64,000 bases of DNA from Octopus bimaculoides. Its lineage: Eukaryota. The stretch covers positions 106,473,516 through 106,537,515 of the forward strand of contig NC_068985.1 in NCBI RefSeq assembly GCF_001194135.2, in the 5' to 3' direction. Of the stretch, positions 49,239 through 61,300 are shown in pieces (the stretch's first letter is position 1; each line of letters begins with the position of its first letter). Under the pieces are notes generated by a model that worked only from the letters and a program-made list of their open reading frames with translations, searched no databases and was not told where the DNA came from. The position numbers and the translations under genes are program-made.

Positions 49239-51905
49239 GAGGTGCTGAAAAATACCCAGGTTGAAATGCCATAAGTTCGTTTTCCTTTTTCAAAGTAAAC
49301 ACCATGAAGATATACAAGAAACTCTAAGAGGTCCTTAATCTTCTCCGATAAGACTAAGAACTTATACATGATGGACACACACAATAGGCTTTTAAATGAT
49401 TCAATCACACAAAAATACGGACGCACTTCCCGACACGCTTATAATAACATTAACTGTGAAGCTAAACAGAAAGCAATTAGGCTAGATGTAGCAGACAGAG
49501 TAAAGATCTTGGTCAAGATAAATGCCTTTATCACTTTAAAGGACTACAAGCTTAATTTTGCCTCTAACCCCAAATGTCACCTGATCAACCCAAGATTGGC
49601 CAGTTGAGTGTGTATAACTGATGAAGATTAATGACGACATAAGGAGGCACACGAGCCTCCCTCTATGGCACAGCACCAATGAGGTGACCTCAAGGTTTAT
49701 TGCTAACCGGAGGAGAGGCAGGGCTAGGCTTACACAGTTTGACATTGTCAACTTTTATCCATTGATTTCAAAAGAGTTGCTGATGAAGGCACTTTCCTTT
49801 GCTAAGGGCTTCACAGATATTAGTGATAGTAATATTAGTGTTATCATCCATGCCAGGAAGACGGTGCTGTTCAACAAAGATTTGATGTGGGTCAAGTAAT
49901 CTGACCCCAAGGGCTCCTTCGATGTGGCTATGGGAGCATATGACAGTGTCGATGTCTGTGATCTTATCAGACTACACATCTCGGACATCTTAGGGAAGAG
50001 GTTTCCTTTGGTCCTTTTCAGTCTCTACAGAGATGACGCCCTAGCCATCTGTAGAGGAGCCAACAGGCACACAATATCTAAACTTAGAAAGGACCTAATT
50101 AGTGCCCTAGGCTCAATGGGACTCAAGATCACCATTGAGACTAATCTCACAGTAGATTTCCTTGATGTTACTTTAGATCTCGGCTCTGGTACATACAGGC
50201 CCTATCACAAGCTAAATGAGAAGCTGTCCTTTATTAGCACAGCCTCCTGCTACCCCACTATAGTTTTCAAGAACCTAGTGAAGGGTGTAAGCAAGAGGAT
50301 CTTGAATCTATCCTCTAGCCAAGACACCTTTGACACTGCTGCCCCCTACTACAATGAGGCACTTGCATCAAGTGGGTTTAAGGACTGCATCTCCTACATG
50401 CCAGGCCCTAGCACCCAAAAAAGGAAGAGCCACAGAAACATCGTTTGGTTTACTTCACCCTTCTCGCTCAATGTCAAGACTGGTGTGGGAAGGATTTTCC
50501 TTAGATTAATAGATAAACATTTCACATGCATACATAGATACAGGTAATTATTTAACAGGCACAACCTAAGAATCTCCTTTAGCTGTGCTCCTAAAATAAA
50601 AAGCATATTAACAAGCATCCACAATACAAGGGAGAAGGCAGGTTGCTCTTACAGGGTATACAATAACTGTCCAGTAGGAAGCCGATGCAAGACTGAAGGA
50701 GTTATCTATGAAGCTACAGTGACACCTAGACCTGCTATCCGCATTACCAGCAATGTACCATCCAACAGCAATAATAGCAGATTAACCAGGTCTCACACCA
50801 GTACAATCGCCACAGCTAGAGAAGATGACCAGTCCAGGACCAGCGCCAGAAGAGGTAACTGATGACCCCAGTACCACCACCACAGATGATGAACAAACCA
50901 TTATCATTGACACCAATAGAGTGATCAGCCCCACATCATACCTTACCACCAGTACAATTGCCACACCTAGAGATGATGACCAATCCAGGACCAGTGACGC
51001 AGAAGGGGTATCCAGCATCCCCAGTATCACCACCACAGACAATGATCAAATAATTATCATCGACACCAATGGAATGACAAGCCCTGCACCATATGTTACC
51101 AACACTCACACTAATGCCAGCAGCTACATAGCCAACCATATGACCAGAAATGATATCCATGGCGATAACACCACTGGATCATTGCGCCATATTGACAATG
51201 TCAGCAACGGTGTTGCCAACAGCATCCCCAGGCTCTGAGTCTAACAGAGATATACCAGGAGTGCGAATAGAGCCACATCACAAGTTTGTAAATATATCGG
51301 ATCGGCCAGTACATCTTTCAAACATCACTTCCACAACCACTAGTCATCCTTCTGAGTCTCAGAAAGACGTTTTGTCATGTCCCTGGCCAGCCATGCGTGG
51401 TGCCTCAAAGATCAAGGGTCTCCATGTGACATCAGGTGGAAAAATAATAGAACATCCAGGCCCATATATTAATAGGAGTGGCCATTGCAAAATCTGCATC
51501 ATGGAGAGATCCAAAATTCTTGAGGAGTATGCTAAACCTGGTGCATTAAATAGTCGTAAAGAAGTTTTCTCAAAATGTATCCATTTCAAGCGCTACCTAC
51601 TGGAAAATTGGATCTCCCTGTTTGCTGGTTAGGCTATTTTGGGTCTATAAGGGTTGTTTTATCCTCTGGTCCAGGTGAGATAACCCTTCCTCATTAATGT
51701 TTTTATACGTTAGCCATTAAATCACGATATCTGAGCGTTTCCTCATGTCTGTGTGGTAGAAAGTTTAATTTTTTTGTCTTTGTATAGAACCTGACAAGCT
51801 GTCCAAAGGGCTGTGATATGAATCCTTTGGGCCAGAATTTAACATTTTATTTTAATAATTTAATCTTTAGAGCGTGCTTCTTTTCTGATATGTGTTTTAT
51901 TGACT
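49215..51905 (+). mobile_element. Penelope-like retroelement (Naiad-like architecture: RT plus C-terminal GIY-YIG), 5'-truncated and pseudogenised
   Basis: RT motifs: DKTKNLY, AFITLKDYKLNF..NPKCHLINP, FDIVNFYP, FDVAMGAYD, LYRDDAL, VDFLDVTLDL, RNIVWFTSPFSLNVKT. EN motifs: CSYRVYNNCPVGSRCKTEGVIYEATVT (50644-50724), KYIGSASTSFKHHFHNH*SSF* (51290-), SLASHAWCLKDQG..IRWKII, GHCKIC..E, LNSRKEVFSKCIH. Flanked by (TA)n; hammerhead remnant in the 3' pLTR. Confidence 0.92.
50797..51100 (+). repeat. Two diverged ~150-bp tandem units inside the PLE endonuclease
   Basis: Unit 1 (~50797-50947) and unit 2 (~50948-51100) both encode TSTIAT.R.DDQSRTS...P..TTTD..Q.IIIDTN. Confidence 0.9.
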
Positions 51906-53234
51906 ATATATATATACATATAAATCTAATATAATAAATGCGAAAACTAATTTCTGTGTCTGTGTGTCACACTTTGAGACCCCTTCTTTCACTATTCATT
52001 GACACTCCTACTATTGCTCATGTTGGGGTGAAAGTAATAGTAGGCATAAAGACAGTAGTAGATTGATGGTTGTGATGGTAATGGAGTGATATTAACAGTA
52101 TGAGCTGTAGTTGTGATAGAGGTGGAGGTGACAGTGATGATGGTAGTGGTGGTGATAGCTGAAGCAGTCAGGGACAATGGTGATAGTAAGCGATGTGAAA
52201 GACAGTGGTGATGGTGGTGGAGGGGAAGGTGGCGAAGTCAAAGGTATTGAGGTGGTGGCATCAGAAATCTGAATGGTGGGTGTATGGCTGTTGTGGTGGC
52301 AATGGTGGTGGTACTGGTGATAGTGATGGTCGAAAACAATCAAAATAAAGAGAGAGAGAGAGAGATAAAGAAAGAGGTTAGACAGAAAAAGAAATTATAT
52401 TGACCCCTGAATGGGAAGACAAAAAATGTTTATCATGCAGCTTTGCAATAAGTTCCAAGTCGACAAATTATATCATTGCTTGGATTAAAATTGTTCATAG
52501 CTTGAAAAATATTGGTCAAGTTTAATAAAATCGAATATGTACTCAATGCATGAAGTGTCATTGTTAGGCCCAAGACCCATTGATGAGCCCTTCACAGAAG
52601 CTGGTTTAAGAGCCGCCTAATAGGTCGGCTTTTAAGCTAGTGTATATGTGTGTGTGCGTATTTGTCGCTTACCACCGCTTGGCAAGCAGTGTTGGCTTTG
52701 TTTACGTCTGTGTAATTTAGAAGTTCAGCATGCGAGACTGGAGGGATAAGCACAAGGGTTTAAAAAAAATAAGTACTTGGGTTAATTCGTTTGAGTTTCC
52801 TTCAAGGCGGCACCCTAGCAGTCCAATGACTAAAACAAGTAAAAGATAAAAATAACAATAACGCAAATTTTCTTAAAATTTAACTGAAGGGAAGTAATTA
52901 CTAAATAGCATTGCGAGAGTTATCGAACTTGAAAGCCTATGGTCGCGATCAAAAAAGACAAAAGTATGAGATTTAAAGTTTTAGAAAATTTCCACTTGGT
53001 CAGTAATTACTTTCACAACGATATTAATGTTCCAGAATACTATATCACTTATTTTTTATAATTTATATATGTTTCACCTTATATAAAATTCAACTTATAT
53101 AAAATTCGTTATTACCTTTCATCCTTTCGGGATCGATAAAAGAAGTATCAAATCAGGACTATGAATTGATGACATTGTAAGCGAATAAGACCAGATAACT
53201 TGTGAAATTTGTCATGACTCTTTGCATTTGGCAG

Positions 53235-53352
53235 CTATGTCTGCAACGACACTGGCACCAGGTTGTATTGGCCCAAATCGACGGACATTCCGTTGGATAT
53301 CGTCGTTGCGAATGAAGAAAGGCTTGAATGCCTGTGCAAATGTCAGTTTTAA
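53235..53352 (+). CDS. Candidate terminal coding exon, Cys-containing C-terminus
   Basis: Acceptor CTCTTTGCATTTGGCAG| (AG 53233-53234). Phase-2 frame YVCNDTGTRLYWPKSTDIPLDIVVANEERLECLCKCQF* in non-repetitive sequence. No homology recognised; could be chance. Confidence 0.25.
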
Positions 53353-53384
53353 TTTCAGAATACCTCTGGCTTGCGCATGCGTAC

Positions 53385-53460
53385 ATGTGTAGATTACTGG
53401 TCGTTTTCAACTAACCGTGGGCCATTTGCGACCCGGGGGACTTTCTAAAGGATACACCTA
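53385..53460. promoter_or_regulatory. Candidate regulatory element in a CpG-retaining patch
   Basis: NRF1-like TGCGCATGCG at ~53392-53401, within 52.5-53.65 kb where CpGs are visibly retained. Confidence 0.3.
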
Positions 53461-54234
53461 CGAAATATTTCTTTGAATTCTCTTAGTAGTGTGACCTATC
53501 TGATAATGAGTTATGTCTCATGCGGTCTACTTCTCGAAAAAGGTTGTCCATGCCTCTTTTAAACTGACACAGCCATCTTCAACGACCATCAAGTTAGAAG
53601 AGGCTAGTATGGGCCGTTGAATATTGCAGGTTCTTTTAGTCTTCTGAGAACTATATGGTTGGTGTCCAGCCTAAAAACTTGAAGGAAAACAAGCAGAATT
53701 TTGACGTAAACTCTCTTGGGATAGATGGGAATTTTTAAAGTGGAATTCAGCTTTTTACAAACGATAAATATGCCTGTTGTTGATGACATGCGTAAAGCAG
53801 ATGTAATTTAGTATAAATTACATCTGCTTTGACATGGGAATATCTTTCCTTTTTTTTTTTGAATTTAGAAAATGTGAAATGTTATATGGGCATGCATGCA
53901 CATGCTTGTGTGCAGGTGCACGCACACACATATACGTACATACATGCATCCATCCAACCATGTATGTATGTATGTATAATTTATATATATTTCAGCATGT
54001 GGTGACCATCTAAGTGAGACGTTTGTTCTTTTCTCTCCATTTTTTTCTTTCTTCATCTATCCGTTCCATAGAAGAGCATATGCCCAAAATATTAAAGGCA
54101 CCTTCCAATTTTCCTGAGTATCAATCTAATATACTTTGTTTGTTTATTTGCCTTGTTTTTGAGTTTTTTATTTTTACACACACACACACACATGCCTATA
54201 TATGTTTACATGTGTGTGTAAATGGTCAGCAGAG

Positions 54235-56110
54235 GAGAACTGGGCCATTGACAGAATAAAACTCAATTCCAAAGTGTTCTCATTTGCCCAAAAGCATAAG
54301 GATGCTATTTCATCTGTTGGACATCTGATTGACAAAGATTACAATTTCCATAGTGATGCTAATGACATGGTGAGATTCTGCAGAAACGATACAGCTCTGC
54401 TTTCAGCAATCCCAATATGGTAGGTCTAGAAAACATCTGCTTTCGGCAATCCCAATATGGTTGGTTTGGACAACATCTGCTTTCGGCAATCCCAATATGG
54501 TTGGTTTGGACAACACCTGCTTTCGGCAATCCCAATGTGGTTGGTCTGGACAGCACAGCCTATCTGACACATATTTTGGCACTCTGGATATCATAGTAGA
54601 TATAAATAAAATTAAGAAAATAACTTATTTGCAGGCCCCATTAAGTTCCTCACTAGAAACCTGAAAGAATGTCAACATCAATTCACATCCCCACTTGCCA
54701 TCACTGGATGTTGGTTATATTCCTTATCATTTTCTGTCTCAGTTGCCCTAGTTTTCAAAAAGAGAAGCAAGTCACTTTGAATTACCAATTAATAACTAAT
54801 CTCACTTATCTCTCATGTCATCTAATTAATTGAGAGTGTGGTGAGATTTTGAGCAACTCACTTCCTTAATTCCAACCAACATGGTTTCTGCAATGGCAGA
54901 CTGCCTAACAAAATTCCCACATCACTTTGATGACATTCTAAAGGCTCTACGAGAGGGTTCTTAGACTGATATAATATGCCTTAGCTTCAGTAAACTTTGA
55001 TCACAGCATCCTGTGGAACAAACTATCCAGCATTAGAGTCTATGGGGAAACTTTTAAACAAGAATGATAAGTGTTTTCTTGTGAACAGAACCCAGCATGT
55101 TGCAGTTGATGGTGTTCAATCAAACTCAGTGAGAATCATTAGTGGAGTCCCACAAGACATTGTGTTGGGCTCACTTCTCTTTCTTATTTACATTAGTGAC
55201 ATCATAGATGTCATCAAACTCGGCTGTGAGAAAATGACTCTAAGCCTCTGAAGGTTGTCAAAAGAGAAGACTGGGCATATCTCCAATTAGATCTGCTTGC
55301 TGTTATCCAATGGGCTAAAGAAAAAGAATAAAAAAAAGAAGAAAAACATACACAATTTGCAGCTAAATGGAGATAAATTTGAATTAATCAACTTTGGAAA
55401 AGCAGATACAGTTAACCCACCTCTTTCTCCTTCACTGGACACAACGATCATGGCATCAAACACTGCTAGAGTCCTCGGAGTAACTACCTATAATACCTTA
55501 AGCTAGGGTACCTACATAAACAGCAAAGTTGACATGGTCCACAGGATGTACTCTTGAATCCTTAGGATTCTTAGGTCCAGGAATGTTTCTACTATTCTTT
55601 TTCTTTTCTCTATCTTTTCCTCTCCTGACCTTGAATACTGCTGTCAGCTGAGGTCTCTCCACATGTAACAAAGTATTATAAAAATTGAAATCCTTCATGG
55701 ATTAGTCACAAAAAAAAAAAAAAAAAACCAGTGACAAGTCTTGATTAGTGGGATTGGTTCAAGAAACTCAAGCTCTATCCTCTTCAAAGCTACCATAAGC
55801 ACTATACCACTTGTATGCTATGGAAAATATTCCATCAACATTGCTCAAATAATATTGACATCAACTTTAAATTTTTACCCAAATCTTGGTTCTCGTGCCA
55901 TACATCCTCAGCAAAAACTGAGCTTACATCACAACACTAAGACGAATTATTTCACCTCACTTGACCCTGCTCTCTTTAATATTGTAGCAAGATGTAAAAG
56001 AGAAGAAAAAAATATCCCATAACAAACAGTTACTGGACAAATTCCAGATAAACCACCTACACTCAGATATACCTCTGCAACCAGTAATTCTTTACTTGGA
56101 TGGGTTATAG
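54235..56110 (+). mobile_element. CR1-group LINE ORF2 (linker, RT, C-terminus), heavily decayed
   Basis: AIDRIKLNSKVFSF..SSVGHL.DKD; PVFKK; SNQHGF; FLVNRTQHVAVDGVQSNSVRIISGVPQDIVLGSLLFLIYISDI; LQLNGDKFELI; YFTSLDPALFN; IPDKPPT. Many stops and frameshifts. Confidence 0.85.
54396..54555. repeat. Minisatellite, 4 x 40 bp, inside the CR1 LINE
   Basis: TCTGCTTTCGGCAATCCCAATATGGTTGGTTTGGACAACA; units start at 54396, 54436, 54476 and 54516. Confidence 0.95.
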
Positions 56111-57099
56111 TGCCCAGAGTATGACTGTAAAAATGAAACATGATTAAAATTCATCTGTAGGTGGTGCTTTTAAGTTAGTCATGGCTTGGGCCAATACCAG
56201 TTGAAATCTATCCAAGTAGCTACATACAAATATAAATATCTATCTATCTACCTACCTATCTATCTATCTACATATAAATATTTGCATGTATACATCTGGT
56301 TCTCTTCCCATCTCATAACACTTGGTTGTTTCTCCACTGCTACTTCCTTTTAGATTTTCTTTGTCTTAATCCTCCTCTCCACTATTCCTTCTTCTCTTTC
56401 ATTTTTCATATGATCCTGTCTCACTCTGTATCAATATTTATTTTATCCCCCCCCACCTATTTCTCTCTCTCAAAACTTCACCCAATTTACCTCACTGACT
56501 ACCTATTGTTACATAAATATCTCTATCTCTCTCTCTCTCTGTCACAAAACTTATATCTCCTTATAAAAATCTGGTAACATCTGAAGCACAAGAAATAAGA
56601 GCAGTATGAAAAAAAGGAGTGGGAGGAAGAAAAAATTAAACATTAACAAGGAGGGGGAGAATATGGAAGAAGAAAAATATTCTTTTGGCTGTATGTTATG
56701 TATTTCTCTCTCTCTCTTTCTCTATTTTACTATTTCTCTCTTTTACTATTTCTCCTTCTTTCTCAATAATTTGCAGGTGGTTTTGTAGATTTTACATTAA
56801 ACATTATTGAAAATATCTCACAAAAAACTATCTTTCTTTACATTTTCTATATTCTGTCATTTCAATCATTTGTGTCTTACTTTCCTTGAAATCATGTTTA
56901 AAATAATTTTTTTAACCTTATAAACCATAAGCCAGCACCAGATAGTGATGATTTCATTCTGCAGCATCAATGTTCATGTACCTTCTTGAGTGTTCTTTTC
57001 TTTAATATAAAAGTCTTTTCCTCCCTGGTATAACAGGAAGGGACGCTTGCTTACACTTACTTTCTTATAATTTGTTTCAATTGTTAATGTTACAGAAAA

Positions 57100-58200
57100 G
57101 AGTGTTCCAGTGTCTTCTGCTGCCAAACACAAGTATGCTCTGAGGGCAACAGAAACAAATGGACAGTGTCAAAACAGGCTGCTAATGCTGCCAGGAATGC
57201 AGCTCACAGAAAACTCAAGACTGGTAGTGAAGTGAAAATCACAGTGAACAGAATGCTACAAGACAACAGGAAATGTCTGATGAATGATAGGCTCACCTTC
57301 GATAGAATGCTGCCAAGTAGGATGCATACAGGTATCATGAAACCCCACAAGAGCACCAAGGCAAGCCAGGCCAGAAAGTTTAAAGAGTATGTCAAGCAGA
57401 GGCTAGGTCCAGCCAGACATACATGAGCTGCAGAAAAGAGGTACTTTCAACTATGATTCTTGACATGACTATGCTTCTGAAGACTTCTGCTACCATGGCC
57501 AAAATTCCTGAAAATTGTTTAGTCAAAAATGGAAGCAAAAGACAAATGTAATGTTCTCTTCTAATGGAGAAGTTAATGCAGCAGCCCTTGTTGATTCGGA
57601 GACCCTTAAACAGCTTCTTACTGTTGCTACTGAGGAATCCATGCATTTTTTAAGACCATCAGAAAATATAACTCTGATTTCCAAATGACTTCCTTTGGCA
57701 CCAACATCACCAGAGGAGGGGAATTTATATCAACTTTTAAAAGTACAAACCAAATCTACAAGATTGGTTCACTGCAGCCTTGTCCCAATGAAGAGTCTTG
57801 ATTTCTGCAACTGTAATTTATCGATGACTTAAAGAAACGGGATCATCTCTTCAGGCACAAAGTTTTGACTTGATTCTTGAACTTCAAGATGTGGTCCATG
57901 AAAAAAGCAGCTATGCCAAGAGTTCCAAGTATGCTTTTGAATGTACCCATTTTGGAGTTTCAAATTGTCATTGATGTATAGAGGAGGCCATCTGGAGAAC
58001 ATGTATATGATTTCAATGAATTATAATGCAATGAGGTTGCTGTTATCGTGAGTGGAGACTCACATTGCAAAAGTACAAAAAGAAGTACAAAACTATCACT
58101 ATTAGAACTGATGCATCGCAATATAACAGTTTCCAATGAAATAAACCGGTTTTCACTTAACCCTGTATTTTTATTTAATATGCTTGAATTTGATATGTTC
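57100..58200 (+). mobile_element. Helitron RepHel N-terminal fragment, decayed
   Basis: FNYDS, KWKQKTNVMFSSNGEV...LKQLL (decayed CCxxG zinc-finger region), TIRKYNSDFQMTSFG...STFK..QIYKIGSLQP...FLQL*F, ELQDVVHE, RRPSGEH...CNEVAVIV. These match the conserved Helitron pre-Rep motifs. Confidence 0.85.
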
Positions 58201-58355
58201 ATATTAAGCATATATCTATTCTTTACATGCCAGACTGCTACAGACATAGGGGAAAACAATTTAATTTCTTGGATGAAAATTAACTTCTTGAAACCAGATA
58301 TACTCCTTTATTAAGAATAACTCAGTCATTTGTAGGTATTTTGCATCCTGGTAGA

Positions 58356-58399
<44 letters not shown>

Positions 58400-61300
58400 A
58401 TAAAGAATCAATAAAATCAAATCAAATTAAAAGGAAAACAATGATAATACGACACAGTTATTTAAAAACATAAAATATACATGCGATCAAAACAGAACAA
58501 AAAAGAAAAAAAGAAATGATCAGGCATTACATTGATCTTTACATTTCATCAAAACAAATATGTATGTATGTATGTTTGTATCTAAATATACATAGATATC
58601 AACCAATAAATTATATGGACAAAGAGACATATCATAACTGGCTTTCTCACATTGTAGTTAATCTAATTGTTTAGAGAGAGATAGAATATGAAACTAAAGT
58701 CAGAGAAAGGCATCCCAATACCAGGCATTATGCAGAATCTCACTTGCGTCTCTTATTTCTTTTTATCACTTCTGCCCTCTGATTTCCAATGCCTCCACAT
58801 CTGTCTGGTGACAGTTCTTGGGATTTCTTGAACCTAGAGTTAATTTATTACACCACACATTCATTAGCTTACATGCACTGATACGCATGCACTCTGAGAA
58901 CCAATACCACTGATTGGGATGTACACAACATAAACACACACATTGTTATACACACACATACATTCACACATTCTAGCTTGAATATTCTTATCCAATTGCA
59001 CACAGCTATAGATGACTGTGCCTATACATACATACATGCATGCATGCAGTGATATCAACACATATAAACACTCGTACACAATTGACAAAAAAACCTTCTC
59101 TTTCACATATATATATTTTTTCACTCTTCTACCTTTACTGATGCCTCCATCTACAGTTTCACGTAATATCATACAGAATAAAGATGGTTCAATATAGTTA
59201 ATCTCAAGTGATTATAGTCATTGAAGTCGAAATCATGGTAGTGATAATTTTAATGAAAGGATGGTACAGTTATATAATTAATTAAGCCAAGAATATTTTG
59301 CATACAAACTGCACAAAGACATAATTTCTAAAGGTAAAATCTATTTGTTTTAATCATAATCCTTTAATGTTTTGTTTGAACCCCTATAGAAATTTACACA
59401 ATTTATACAGGCTGCCATATACCAGACCTTATACATGCATACATAGACAGAGGAATGAACTTATTAACTTATATGCCTATCTACTCATATATATGTATAT
59501 ACATACACACAAACATACTTATATGTATACGCACACATATATACCTGTGTCTGTACATGTATGTATGTATAGGTATACATGTATATGTGTATGGATATAT
59601 GTGTGTGTGTAGATATAGAGAAATGTATGCACGGATATATATGTTTGTATGTATATCTATCTTTATATATATATATATGGATAATGTAATTTATTTGTTT
59701 TGATGAAATGTAAAGGTTAATACAAATGTTCAATCATTTTTTTTTCTTTGTTGTTCTCATCACCTTTATATTTTATGTTTTTATTCAACTGTGTCTTATG
59801 CTACACTAATCCAAATGTATTGCTATAGAAATAAACAAAATGACAAGTAAAAATCAAGGTACTTTTTGAAAAGTCACCTGAGGAGATGTATCTTCATCTA
59901 TGATGCATGACAACTGATTGTACAGCATCTCACCTGTAAGGTACTGGTGCATGGTGAGTTGAAACAATCATAGTGGTTCTGAATAAAGAGTCTCATGAAT
60001 TCCATTTTCAGTTTCTCATATTTTTTTATATACACATACATATGTATATTCATAGGCACACATACGCACACACACACAAACATATATATATATATATATG
60101 TATATGTGTGTGTGTGTGTGTGTAGACATACATTGGTTTGAAACTTGAATTGTGAGGTATAAATTCAGTTTCAATAAGCTATATACTCTATAAGACAACT
60201 TGAACATTCCTTTCTCATTTTCTTTAGACACAATTCAATGATTGTGTGTGTATATATATATACACAACTGGACTCCTCACTCCATTTTCTCCCCGTCATC
60301 ACCTTATGCAGTATTCTACTGCATTAATTAAACCAGAGAACTACATATTCCATCATCCATTTCTGTGCACCCAGCTATCTTTCCTACTACCACCAACCAT
60401 TTCTGACATCCATCACTCATTCTTAACACTGCCCCCCCCCCCAACCCGCCATTCACACCCTTCTGTGCTATTACATCTCCCTCTACTTGAACCACTGCTT
60501 GTTGACTTACCCCCACCATTCACCATGTAACTCTCACTCTCTCCACACATACTTGCAATCTACTCATCACCTGTCATGTCCATTTTTCTCATTCTTCTGC
60601 TCTCTACCATATTATTACTATTAAGCTGCTCTTCATTCTTTTTGCACTGCCAGTCACCCCTACAACTCATATTTGTCATCAACCCACTCAGCCCTTGTTT
60701 ACCACTCGCTACCTTCATCTCCTTCACTTCTACTCCATCTCTAACTACCCCTTGCTCTTCCCATACACTCTTGCAACTGGCACCCACCCTTTCCATGCTT
60801 CTGTCCCCGTCCACTCCCTCTTCAATTTTCCTTTGGGTACCTTGAAAACTCAATGTGATACATCGCCACCCTCTTTCCAATTCCACTCTGATTACTCTCA
60901 TTCACTGCAAGGTGGCCATGTATCTCTTCTACACAAAACCTAGCATAAAACCACCTCCTTTTCTAGTATAATCCCACTCAGTTGAAGGGGATCTTGTCAA
61001 TTTTATGGCTACTAGAAATGGTGTTATGAAAAACGCATTAGGAAGTGGTGGTGAGAGGGCAGCTGTAGAAACCATGCTAAAAACATTGGTGCATGATCAG
61101 TCCTTGAACTCACTGGATCCCATCATATTATCCAACTCAGACCAGCACAGAAGAATATCATTACATGATGATGGTATATGTGCATATCTTGTTAAGACAT
61201 ACATACATTTTATTACAAATATACACACACACACACACACATTTAAATGTCTGCAACAACTTGTTAATTATGTTTAGCGCTATTAATCATACTTGTAGAG

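Noticed and set aside
49215-49250. GAGGAGGTGCTGAAAAAT after (TA)n, resembling a mariner TIR
   Set aside because: It translates as EEVLKNTQ and leads into PLE RT-upstream sequence. It is better explained as the truncated 5' end of the PLE.
50825-51238. Stand-alone mucin-like host ORF
   Set aside because: It is embedded in frame between the GIY and YIG motifs of the PLE, with no independent splice or promoter evidence.
49897-51632. Selenocysteine read-through as described for some Naiad PLEs
   Set aside because: The in-frame stops are TAA/TAG, or TGA at Arg-like positions. All expected Cys positions read TGT/TGC.
54396-54555. CRISPR-like array
   Set aside because: Contiguous repeats without spacers, eukaryotic context and no cas genes.
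60250-60960. Several overlapping ORFs in pyrimidine-rich sequence (also 33480-34070)
   Set aside because: Strand-biased low complexity suppresses stops, and no motif or splice structure was recognised.
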